Positions 41,987 to 55,535 of a stretch of DNA of 64,000 nt are shown here, in pieces. Made by a program: the position numbers and the translations under genes. The DNA comes from Auanema rhodensis (lineage: Eukaryota > Animalia > Nematoda): NCBI GenBank assembly GCA_964057225.1, contig CAXKVF010000078.1, forward strand, positions 124,001-188,000, written 5' to 3'. How positions within the stretch are numbered: the stretch's first letter is position 1; every line of letters begins with the position of its first letter. The notes under the pieces were generated by a model. The model did not search any database. It was not told the DNA's origin and saw nothing but the letters and a program-made list of their open reading frames with translations.

Positions 41987-44900
41987 AGTGCACATCACGT
42001 GTTCATTTAATTAGCATAAATTAAAGTTCACGTAAATTTCAAAGTCATGGTTACCATGAAGCAATATCAATAAAAATTTGTTTTTAGACTAATATGGACA
42101 TGGGGAATCTAATTTTGAAAACCGCATCTCTTTATCTTTCACGTGAAGCGAGTTACATACCAAGTGCACATCACGTGTACATTTAATTAGCATAAATTAA
42201 AGTTCACGTAAATTTCAAAGTCATGGTTACCATGAACCAATATCAATAAAAATTTGTTTTTAGACTAATATGGACATGGGGAATCTAATTTTGAAAACCG
42301 CATTTCTTTATCTTTCACGTGAAGCGAGTTACATACCAAGTGCACATCACGTGTACATTTAATTAGCATAAATTAAAGTTCACGTAAATTTCAAAGTCAT
42401 GGTTACCATGAACCAATATCAATAAAAATTTGTTTTTAGACTAATATGGACATGGGGAATCTAATTTTGAAAACCGCATCTCTTTATCTCTCACGTGAAG
42501 CGAGTTACATACCAAGTGCACATCACGTGTACATTTAATTAGCATAAATTAAAGTTCATGTAAATTTCAAAGTCATGGTTACCATGAACCAATATCAATA
42601 AAAATTTGTTTTTAGACTAATATGGACATGGGGAATCTAATTTTGAAAACCGCATCTCTTTATCTTTCACGTGAAGCGAGTTACATACCAAGTGCACATC
42701 ACGTGTACATTTAATTAGCATAAATTAAAGTTCACGTAAATTTCAAAGTCATGGTTACCATGAACCAATATCAATAAAAATTTGTTTTTAGACTAATATG
42801 GACATGGGGAATCTAATTTTGAAAACCGCATCTCTTTATCTTTCACGTGAAGCGAGTTACATACCAAGTGCACATCACGTGTACATTTAATTAGCATAAA
42901 TTAAAGTTCACGTAAATTTCAAAGTCATGGTTACCATGAACCAATATCAATAAAAATTTGTTTTTAGACTAATATGGACATGGGGAATCTAATTTTGAAA
43001 ACCGCATCTCTTTATCTTTCACGTGAAGCGAGTTACATACCAAGTGCACATCACGTGTACATTTAATTAGCATAAATTAAAGTTCACGTAAATTTCAAAG
43101 TCATGGTTACCATGAACCAATATCAATAAAAATTTGTTTTTAGACTAATATGGACATGGGGAATCTAATTTTGAAAACCGCATCTCTTTATCTTTCACGT
43201 GAAGCGAGTTACATACCAAGTGCACATCACGTGTACATTTAATTAGCATAAATTAAAGTTCACGTAAATTTCAAAGTCATGGTTACCATGAACCAATATC
43301 AATAAAAATTTGTTTTTAGACTAATATGGACATGGGGAATCTAATTTTGAAAACCGCATCTCTTTATCTTTCACGTGAAGCGAGTTACATACCAAGTGCA
43401 CATCACGTGTACATTTAATTAGCATAAATTAAAGTTCACGTAAATTTCAAAGTCATGGTTACCATGAACCAATATCAATAAAAATTTGTTTTTAGACTAA
43501 TATGGACATGGGGAATCTAATTTTGAAAACCGCATCTCTTTATCTTTCACGTGAAGCGAGTTACATACCAAGTGCACATCACGTGTTCATTTAATTAGCA
43601 TAAATTAAAGTTCACGTAAATTTCAAAGTCATGGTTACCATGAAGCAATATCAATAAAAATTTGTTTTTAGACTAATATGGACATGGGGAATCTAATTTT
43701 GAAAACCGCATCTCTTTATCTTTCACGTGAAGCGAGTTACATACCAAGTGCACATCACGTGTACATTTAATTAGCATAAATTAAAGTTCACGTAAATTTC
43801 AAAGTCATGGTTACCATGAACCAATATCAATAAAAATTTGTTTTTAGACTAATATGGACATGGGGAATCTAATTTTGAAAACCGCATTTCTTTATCTTTC
43901 ACGTGAAGCGAGTTACATACCAAGTGCACATCACGTGTACATTTAATTAGCATAAATTAAAGTTCACGTAAATTTCAAAGTCATGGTTACCATGAACCAA
44001 TATCAATAAAAATTTGTTTTTAGACTAATATGGACATGGGGAATCTAATTTTGAAAACCGCATTTCTTTATCTTTCACGTGAAGCGAGTTACATACCAAG
44101 TGCACATCACGTGTACATTTAATTAGCATAAATTAAAGTTCACGTAAATTTCAAAGTCATGGTTACCATGCACCAATATCAATAAAAATTTGTTTTTAGA
44201 CTAATATGGACATGGGGAATCTAATTTTGAAAACCGCATCTCTTTATCTTTCACGTGAAGCGAGTTACATACCAAGTGCACATCACGTGTACATTTAATT
44301 AGCATAAATTAAAGTTCACGTAAATTTCAAAGTCATGGTTACCATGAACCAATATCAATAAAAATTTGTTTTTAGACTAATATGGACATGGGGAATCTAA
44401 TTTTGAAAACCGCATCTCTTTATCTTTCACGTGAAGCGAGTTACATACCAAGTGCACATCACGTGTTCATTTAATTAGCATAAATTAAAGTTCACGTAAA
44501 TTTCAAAGTCATGGTTACCATGAAGCAATATCAATAAAAATTTGTTTTTAGACTAATATGGACATGGGGAATCTAATTTTGAAAACCGCATCTCTTTATC
44601 TTTCACGTGAAGCGAGTTACATACCAAGTGCACATCACGTGTACATTTAATTAGCATAAATTAAAGTTCACGTAAATTTCAAAGTCATGGTTACCATGAA
44701 CCAATATCAATAAAAATTTGTTTTTAGACTAATATGGACATGGGGAATCTAATTTTGAAAACCGCATTTCTTTATCTTTCACGTGAAGCGAGTTACATAC
44801 CAAGTGCACATCACGTGTACATTTAATTAGCATAAATTAAAGTTCACGTAAATTTCAAAGTCATGGTTACCATGAACCAATATCAATAAAAATTTGTTTT

Positions 44901-46210
44901 TAGACTAATATGGACATGGGGAATCTAATTTTGAAAACCGCATCTCTTTATCTCTCACGTGAAGCGAGTTACATACCAAGTGCACATCACGTGTACATTT
45001 AATTAGCATAAATTAAAGTTCACGTAAATTTCAAAGTCATGGTTACCATGAACCAATATCAATAAAAATTTGTTTTTAGACTAATATGGACATGGGGAAT
45101 CTAATTTTGAAAACCGCATCTCTTTATCTTTCACGTGAAGCGAGTTACATACCAAGTGCACATCACGTGTACATTTAATTAGCATAAATTAAAGTTCACG
45201 TAAATTTCAAAGTCATGGTTACCATGAACCAATATCAATAAAAATTTGTTTTTAGACTAATATGGACATGGGGAATCTAATTTTGAAAACCGCATCTCTT
45301 TATCTTTCACGTGAAGCGAGTTACATACCAAGTGCACATCACGTGTACATTTAATTAGCATAAATTAAAGTTCACGTAAATTTCAAAGTCATGGTTACCA
45401 TGAACCAATATCAATAAAAATTTGTTTTTAGACTAATATGGACATGGGGAATCTAATTTTGAAAACCGCATCTCTTTATCTTTCACGTGAAGCGAGTTAC
45501 ATACCAAGTGCACATCACGTGTACATTTAATTAGCATAAATTAAAGTTCACGTAAATTTCAAAGTCATGGTTACCATGAACCAATATCAATAAAAATTTG
45601 TTTTTAGACTAATATGGACATGGGGAATCTAATTTTGAAAACCGCATCTCTTTATCTTTCACGTGAAGCGAGTTACATACCAAGTGCACATCACGTGTAC
45701 ATTTAATTAGCATAAATTAAAGTTCACGTAAATTTCAAAGTCATGGTTACCATGAACCAATATCAATAAAAATTTGTTTTTAGACTAATATGGACATGGG
45801 GAATCTAATTTTGAAAACCGCATCTCTTTATCTTTCACGTGAAGCGAGTTACATACCAAGTGCACATCACGTGTACATTTAATTAGCATAAATTAAAGTT
45901 CACGTAAATTTCAAAGTCATGGTTACCATGAACCAATATCAATAAAAATTTGTTTTTAGACTAATATGGACATGGGGAATCTAATTTTGAAAACCGCATC
46001 TCTTTATCTTTCACGTGAAGCGAGTTACATACCAAGTGCACATCACGTGTTCATTTAATTAGCATAAATTAAAGTTCACGTAAATTTCAAAGTCATGGTT
46101 ACCGTGAAGCAATATCAATAAAAATTTGTTTTTAGACTAATATGGACATGGGGAATCTAATTTTGAAAACCGCATCTCTTTATCTTTCACGTGAAGCGAG
46201 TTACATACCA
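41987..46210 (+). repeat. Partial 14-monomer (2464-bp) duplication containing runs of six near-identical consensus monomers
   Basis: A17T at 42003/44467 and 43587/46051; T152C at 42490/44954. Confidence 0.8.
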
Positions 46211-47794
46211 AGTGCACATCACGTGTACATTTAATTAGCATAAATTAAAGTTCACGTAAATTTTAAAGTCATGGTTACCATGAACCAATATCAATAAAAA
46301 TTTGTTTTTAGACTAATATGGACATGGGGAATCTAATTTTGAAAACCGCATCTCTTTATCTTTCACGTGAAGCGAGTTACATACCAAGTGCACATCACGT
46401 GTACATTTAATTAGCATAAATTAAAGTTCACGTAAATTTCAAAGTCATGGTTACCATGAACCAATATCAATAAAAATTTGTTTTTAGACTAATATGGACA
46501 TGGGGAATCTAATTTTGAAAACCGCATCTCTTTATCTTTCACGTGAAGCGAGTTACATACCAAGTGCACATCACGTGTTCATTTAATTAGCATAAATTAA
46601 AGTTCACGTAAATTTCAAAGTCATGGTTACCATGAAGCAATATCAATAAAAATTTGTTTTTAGACTAATATGGACATGGGGAATCTAATTTTGAAAACCG
46701 CATCTCTTTATCTTTCACGTGAAGCGAGTTACATACCAAGTGCACATCACGTGTACATTTAATTAGCATAAATTAAAGTTCACGTAAATTTCAAAGTCAT
46801 GGTTACCATGAACCAATATCAATAAAAATTTGTTTTTAGACTAATATGGACATGGGGAATCTAATTTTGAAAACCGCATCTCTTTATCTTTCACGTGAAG
46901 CGAGTTACATACCAAGTGCACATCACGTGTACATTTAATTAGCATAAATTAAAGTTCACGTAAATTTCAAAGTCATGGTTACCATGAACCAATATCAATA
47001 AAAATTTGTTTTTAGACTAATATGGACATGGGGAATCTAATTTTGAAAACCGCATTTCTTTATCTTTCACGTGAAGCGAGTTACATACCAAGTGCACATC
47101 ACGTGTACATTTAATTAGCATAAATTAAAGTTCACGTAAATTTCAAAGTCATGGTTACCATGCACCAATATCAATAAAAATTTGTTTTTAGACTAATATG
47201 GACATGGGGAATCTAATTTTGAAAACCGCATCTCTTTATCTTTCACGTGAAGCGAGTTACATACCAAGTGCACATCACGTGTACATTTAATTAGCATAAA
47301 TTAAAGTTCACGTAAATTTTAAAGTCATGGTTACCATGAACCAATATCAATAAAAATTTGTTTTTAGACTAATATGGACATGGGGAATCTAATTTTGAAA
47401 ACCGCATCTCTTTATCTTTCACGTGAAGCGAGTTACATACCAAGTGCACATCACGTGTACATTTAATTAGCATAAATTAAAGTTCACGTAAATTTCAAAG
47501 TCATGGTTACCATGAACTAATATCAATAAAAATTTGTTTTTAGACTAATATGGACATGGAGAATCTAATTTTGAAAACCGCATCTCTTTATCTTTCACGT
47601 GAAGCGAGTTACATACCAAGTGCGCATCACGTGTACATTTAATTAGCATAAATTAAAGTTCACGTAAATTTTAAAGTCATGGTTACCATGAACCAATATC
47701 AATAAAAATTTGTTTTTAGACTAATATGGACATGGAAAATCTAATTTTGAAAACCGCATCTCTTTATCTTTCACGTGAAGCGAGTTACATACCA

Positions 47795-50700
47795 AGTGCA
47801 CATCACGTGTACATTTAATTAGCATAAATTAAAGTTCACGTAAATTTTAAAGTCATGGTTACCATGAACCAATATCAATAAAAATTTGTTTTAGACTAAT
47901 ATGGACATGGGGAATCTAATTTTGAAAACCGCATCTCTTTATCTTTCACGTGAAGCGAGTTACATACCAAGTGCACATCACGTGTACATTTAATTAGCAT
48001 AAATTAAAGTTCACGTAAATTTCAAAGTCATGGTTACCATGAACCAATATCAATAAAAATTTGTTTTTAGACTAATATGGACATGGGGAATCTAATTTTG
48101 AAAACCGCATCTCTTTATCTTTCACGTGAAGCGAGTTACATACCAAGTGCACATCACGTGTTCATTTAATTAGCATAAATTAAAGTTCACGTAAATTTCA
48201 AAGTCATGGTTACCATGAAGCAATATCAATAAAAATTTGTTTTTAGACTAATATGGACATGGGGAATCTAATTTTGAAAACCGCATCTCTTTATCTTTCA
48301 CGTGAAGCGAGTTACATACCAAGTGCACATCACGTGTACATTTAATTAGCATAAATTAAAGTTCACGTAAATTTCAAAGTCATGGTTACCATGAACCAAT
48401 ATCAATAAAAATTTGTTTTTAGACTAATATGGACATGGGGAATCTAATTTTGAAAACCGCATTTCTTTATCTTTCACGTGAAGCGAGTTACATACCAAGT
48501 GCACATCACGTGTACATTTAATTAGCATAAATTAAAGTTCACGTAAATTTCAAAGTCATGGTTACCATGAACCAATATCAATAAAAATTTGTTTTTAGAC
48601 TAATATGGACATGGGGAATCTAATTTTGAAAACCGCATCTCTTTATCTTTCACGTGAAGCGAGTTACATACCAAGTGCACATCACGTGTACATTTAATTA
48701 GCATAAATTAAAGTTCACGTAAATTTCAAAGTCATGGTTACCATGAACCAATATCAATAAAAATTTGTTTTTAGACTAATATGGACATGGGGAATCTAAT
48801 TTTGAAAACCGCATTTCTTTATCTTTCACGTGAAGCGAGTTACATACCAAGTGCACATCACGTGTACATTTAATTAGCATAAATTAAAGTTCACGTAAAT
48901 TTCAAAGTCATGGTTACCATGCACCAATATCAATAAAAATTTGTTTTTAGACTAATATGGACATGGGGAATCTAATTTTGAAAACCGCATCTCTTTATCT
49001 TTCACGTGAAGCGAGTTACATACCAAGTGCACATCACGTGTACATTTAATTAGCATAAATTAAAGTTCACGTAAATTTTAAAGTCATGGTTACCATGAAC
49101 CAATATCAATAAAAATTTGTTTTTAGACTAATATGGACATGGGGAATCTAATTTTGAAAACCGCATCTCTTTATCTTTCACGTGAAGCGAGTTACATACC
49201 AAGTGCACATCACGTGTACATTTAATTAGCATAAATTAAAGTTCACGTAAATTTCAAAGTCATGGTTACCATGAACTAATATCAATAAAAATTTGTTTTT
49301 AGACTAATATGGACATGGAGAATCTAATTTTGAAAACCGCATCTCTTTATCTTTCACGTGAAGCGAGTTACATACCAAGTGCACATCACGTGTACATTTA
49401 ATTAGCATAAATTAAAGTTCACGTAAATTTTAAAGTCATGGTTACCATGAACCAATATCAATAAAAATTTGTTTTTAGACTAATATGGACATGGAGAATC
49501 TAATTTTGAAAACCGCATCTCTTTATCTTTCACGTGAAGCGAGTTACATACCAAGTGCACATCACGTGTACATTTAATTAGCATAAATTAAAGTTCACGT
49601 AAATTTTAAAGTCATGGTTACCATGAACCAATATCAATAAAAATTTGTTTTAGACTAATATGGACATGGGGAATCTAATTTTGAAAACCGCATCTCTTTA
49701 TCTTTCACGTGAAGCGAGTTACATACCAAGTGCACATCACGTGTACATTTAATTAGCATAAATTAAAGTTCACGTAAATTTCAAAGTCATGGTTACCATG
49801 AACCAATATCAATAAAAATTTGTTTTTAGACTAATATGGACATGGGGAATCTAATTTTGAAAACCGCATCTCTTTATCTTTCACGTGAAGCGAGTTACAT
49901 ACCAAGTGCACATCACGTGTTCATTTAATTAGCATAAATTAAAGTTCACGTAAATTTCAAAGTCATGGTTACCATGAAGCAATATCAATAAAAATTTGTT
50001 TTTAGACTAATATGGACATGGGGAATCTAATTTTGAAAACCGCATCTCTTTATCTTTCACGTGAAGCGAGTTACATACCAAGTGCACATCACGTGTACAT
50101 TTAATTAGCATAAATTAAAGTTCACGTAAATTTCAAAGTCATGGTTACCATGAACCAATATCAATAAAAATTTGTTTTTAGACTAATATGGACATGGGGA
50201 ATCTAATTTTGAAAACCGCATTTCTTTATCTTTCACGTGAAGCGAGTTACATACCAAGTGCACATCACGTGTACATTTAATTAGCATAAATTAAAGTTCA
50301 CGTAAATTTCAAAGTCATGGTTACCATGAACCAATATCAATAAAAATTTGTTTTTAGACTAATATGGACATGGGGAATCTAATTTTGAAAACCGCATCTC
50401 TTTATCTTTCACGTGAAGCGAGTTACATACCAAGTGCACATCACGTGTACATTTAATTAGAATAAATTAAAGTTCACGTAAATTTCAAAGTCATGGTTAC
50501 CATGAACTAATATCAATAAAAATTTGTTTTTAGACTAATATGGACATGGAGAATCTAATTTTGAAAACCGCATCTCTTTATCTTTCACGTGAAGCGAGTT
50601 ACATACCAAGTGCACATCACGTGTACATTTAATTAGCATAAATTAAAGTTCACGTAAATTTTAAAGTCATGGTTACCATGAACCAATATCAATAAAAATT

Positions 50701-52895
50701 TGTTTTTAGACTAATATGGACATGGAGAATCTAATTTTGAAAACCGCATCTCTTTATCTTTCACGTGAAGCGAGTTACATACCAAGTACACATCACGTGT
50801 ACATTTAATTAGCATAAATTAAAGTTCACGTAAATTTTAAAGTCATGGTTACCATGAACCAATATCAATAAAAATTTGTTTTTAGACTAATATGGACATG
50901 GGGAATCTAATTTTGAAAACCGCATCTCTTTATCTTTCACGTGAAGCGAGTTACATACCAAGTGCACATCACGTGTACATTTAATTAGCATAAATTAAAG
51001 TTCACGTAAATTTCAAAGTCATGGTTACCATGAACCAATATCAATAAAAATTTGTTTTTAGACTAATATGGACATGGGGAATCTAATTTTGAAAACCGCA
51101 TCTCTTTATCTTTCACGTGAAGCGAGTTACATACCAAGTGCACATCACGTGTTCATTTAATTAGCATAAATTAAAGTTCACGTAAATTTCAAAGTCATGG
51201 TTACCATGAAGCAATATCAATAAAAATTTGTTTTTAGACTAATATGGACATGGGGAATCTAATTTTGAAAACCGCATCTCTTTATCTTTCACGTGAAGCG
51301 AGTTACATACCAAGTGCACATCACGTGTACATTTAATTAGCATAAATTAAAGTTCACGTAAATTTCAAAGTCATGGTTACCATGAACCAATATCAATAAA
51401 AATTTGTTTTTAGACTAATATGGACATGGGGAATCTAATTTTGAAAACCGCATTTCTTTATCTTTCACGTGAAGCGAGTTACATACCAAGTGCACATCAC
51501 GTGTACATTTAATTAGCATAAATTAAAGTTCACGTAAATTTCAAAGTCATGGTTACCATGAACCAATATCAATAAAAATTTGTTTTTAGACTAATATGGA
51601 CATGGGGAATCTAATTTTGAAAACCGCATTTCTTTATCTTTCACGTGAAGCGAGTTACATACCAAGTGCACATCACGTGTACATTTAATTAGCATAAATT
51701 AAAGTTCACGTAAATTTCAAAGTCATGGTTACCATGAACCAATATCAATAAAAATTTGTTTTTAGACTAATATGGACATGGGGAATCTAATTTTGAAAAC
51801 CGCATCTCTTTATCTTTCACGTGAAGCGAGTTACATACCAAGTGCACATCACGTGTACATTTAATTAGCATAAATTAAAGTTCACGTAAATTTCAAAGTC
51901 ATGGTTACCATGAACCAATATCAATAAAAATTTGTTTTTAGACTAATATGGACATGGGGAATCTAATTTTGAAAACCGCATTTCTTTATCTTTCACGTGA
52001 AGCGAGTTACATACCAAGTGCACATCACGTGTACATTTAATTAGCATAAATTAAAGTTCACGTAAATTTCAAAGTCATGGTTACCATGCACCAATATCAA
52101 TAAAAATTTGTTTTTAGACTAATATGGACATGGGGAATCTAATTTTGAAAACCGCATCTCTTTATCTTTCACGTGAAGCGAGTTACATACCAAGTGCACA
52201 TCACGTGTACATTTAATTAGCATAAATTAAAGTTCACGTAAATTTTAAAGTCATGGTTACCATGAACCAATATCAATAAAAATTTGTTTTTAGACTAATA
52301 TGGACATGGGGAATCTAATTTTGAAAACCGCATCTCTTTATCTTTCACGTGAAGCGAGTTACATACCAAGTGCACATCACGTGTACATTTAATTAGCATA
52401 AATTAAAGTTCACGTAAATTTCAAAGTCATGGTTACCATGAACTAATATCAATAAAAATTTGTTTTTAGACTAATATGGACATGGAGAATCTAATTTTGA
52501 AAACCGCATCTCTTTATCTTTCACGTGAAGCGAGTTACATACCAAGTGCACATCACGTGTACATTTAATTAGCATAAATTAAAGTTCACGTAAATTTTAA
52601 AGTCATGGTTACCATGAACCAATATCAATAAAAATTTGTTTTTAGACTAATATGGACATGGAGAATCTAATTTTGAAAACCGCATCTCTTTATCTTTCAC
52701 GTGAAGCGAGTTACATACCAAGTGCACATCACGTGTACATTTAATTAGCATAAATTAAAGTTCACGTAAATTTTAAAGTCATGGTTACCATGAACCAATA
52801 TCAATAAAAATTTGTTTTAGACTAATATGGACATGGGGAATCTAATTTTGAAAACCGCATCTCTTTATCTTTCACGTGAAGCGAGTTACATACCA
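47795..52895 (+). repeat. Three 175-bp monomers (T5>T4 at monomer positions 95-99) starting at 47795, 49554 and 52721
   Basis: Each reads TTTGTTTTAGAC and shifts the phase by one base. All three carry C54T and occupy the same HOR slot. Confidence 0.92.
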
Positions 52896-54655
52896 AGTGC
52901 ACATCACGTGTACATTTAATTAGCATAAATTAAAGTTCACGTAAATTTCAAAGTCATGGTTACCATGAACCAATATCAATAAAAATTTGTTTTTAGACTA
53001 ATATGGACATGGGGAATCTAATTTTGAAAACCGCATCTCTTTATCTTTCACGTGAAGCGAGTTACATACCAAGTGCACATCACGTGTTCATTTAATTAGC
53101 ATAAATTAAAGTTCACGTAAATTTCAAAGTCATGGTTACCATGAAGCAATATCAATAAAAATTTGTTTTTAGACTAATATGGACATGGGGAATCTAATTT
53201 TGAAAACCGCATCTCTTTATCTTTCACGTGAAGCGAGTTACATACCAAGTGCACATCACGTGTACATTTAATTAGCATAAATTAAAGTTCACGTAAATTT
53301 CAAAGTCATGGTTACCATGAACCAATATCAATAAAAATTTGTTTTTAGACTAATATGGACATGGGGAATCTAATTTTGAAAACCGCATTTCTTTATCTTT
53401 CACGTGAAGCGAGTTACATACCAAGTGCACATCACGTGTACATTTAATTAGCATAAATTAAAGTTCACGTAAATTTCAAAGTCATGGTTACCATGAACCA
53501 ATATCAATAAAAATTTGTTTTTAGACTAATATGGACATGGGGAATCTAATTTTGAAAACCGCATCTCTTTATCTTTCACGTGAAGCGAGTTACATACCAA
53601 GTGCACATCACGTGTACATTTAATTAGAATAAATTAAAGTTCACGTAAATTTCAAAGTCATGGTTACCATGAACTAATATCAATAAAAATTTGTTTTTAG
53701 ACTAATATGGACATGGAGAATCTAATTTTGAAAACCGCATCTCTTTATCTTTCACGTGAAGCGAGTTACATACCAAGTGCACATCACGTGTACATTTAAT
53801 TAGCATAAATTAAAGTTCACGTAAATTTTAAAGTCATGGTTACCATGAACCAATATCAATAAAAATTTGTTTTTAGACTAATATGGACATGGAGAATCTA
53901 ATTTTGAAAACCGCATCTCTTTATCTTTCACGTGAAGCGAGTTACATACCAAGTACACATCACGTGTACATTTAATTAGCATAAATTAAAGTTCACGTAA
54001 ATTTTAAAGTCATGGTTACCATGAACCAATATCAATAAAAATTTGTTTTTAGACTAATATGGACATGGGGAATCTAATTTTGAAAACCGCATCTCTTTAT
54101 CTTTCACGTGAAGCGAGTTACATACCAAGTGCACATCACGTGTACATTTAATTAGCATAAATTAAAGTTCACGTAAATTTCAAAGTCATGGTTACCATGA
54201 ACCAATATCAATAAAAATTTGTTTTTAGACTAATATGGACATGGGGAATCTAATTTTGAAAACCGCATCTCTTTATCTTTCACGTGAAGCGAGTTACATA
54301 CCAAGTGCACATCACGTGTTCATTTAATTAGCATAAATTAAAGTTCACGTAAATTTCAAAGTCATGGTTACCATGAAGCAATATCAATAAAAATTTGTTT
54401 TTAGACTAATATGGACATGGGGAATCTAATTTTGAAAACCGCATCTCTTTATCTTTCACGTGAAGCGAGTTACATACCAAGTGCACATCACGTGTACATT
54501 TAATTAGCATAAATTAAAGTTCACGTAAATTTCAAAGTCATGGTTACCATGAACCAATATCAATAAAAATTTGTTTTTAGACTAATATGGACATGGGGAA
54601 TCTAATTTTGAAAACCGCATTTCTTTATCTTTCACGTGAAGCGAGTTACATACCA
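48322..54655 (+). repeat. 18-monomer (3167-bp) tandem duplication: 48322-51488 and 51489-54655
   Basis: 175-bp monomers 49554/52721, C29A 50461/53628 and G4A 50788/53955 all at offset 3167. Confidence 0.9.
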
Positions 54656-55535
54656 AGTGCACATCACGTGTACATTTAATTAGCATAAATTAAAGTTCAC
54701 GTAAATTTCAAAGTCATGGTTACCATGAACCAATATCAATAAAAATTTGTTTTTAGACTAATATGGACATGGGGAATCTAATTTTGAAAACCGCATCTCT
54801 TTATCTTTCACGTGAAGCGAGTTACATACCAAGTGCACATCACGTGTACATTTAATTAGCATAAATTAAAGTTCACGTAAATTTCAAAGTCATGGTTACC
54901 ATGAACCAATATCAATAAAAATTTGTTTTTAGACTAATATGGACATGGGGAATCTAATTTTGAAAACCGCATTTCTTTATCTTTCACGTGAAGCGAGTTA
55001 CATACCAAGTGCACATCACGTGTACATTTAATTAGCATAAATTAAAGTTCACGTAAATTTCAAAGTCATGGTTACCATGCACCAATATCAATAAAAATTT
55101 GTTTTTAGACTAATATGGACATGGGGAATCTAATTTTGAAAACCGCATCTCTTTATCTTTCACGTGAAGCGAGTTACATACCAAGTGCACATCACGTGTA
55201 CATTTAATTAGCATAAATTAAAGTTCACGTAAATTTTAAAGTCATGGTTACCATGAACCAATATCAATAAAAATTTGTTTTTAGACTAATATGGACATGG
55301 GGAATCTAATTTTGAAAACCGCATCTCTTTATCTTTCACGTGAAGCGAGTTACATACCAAGTGCACATCACGTGTACATTTAATTAGCATAAATTAAAGT
55401 TCACGTAAATTTCAAAGTCATGGTTACCATGAACTAATATCAATAAAAATTTGTTTTTAGACTAATATGGACATGGAGAATCTAATTTTGAAAACCGCAT
55501 CTCTTTATCTTTCACGTGAAGCGAGTTACATACCA

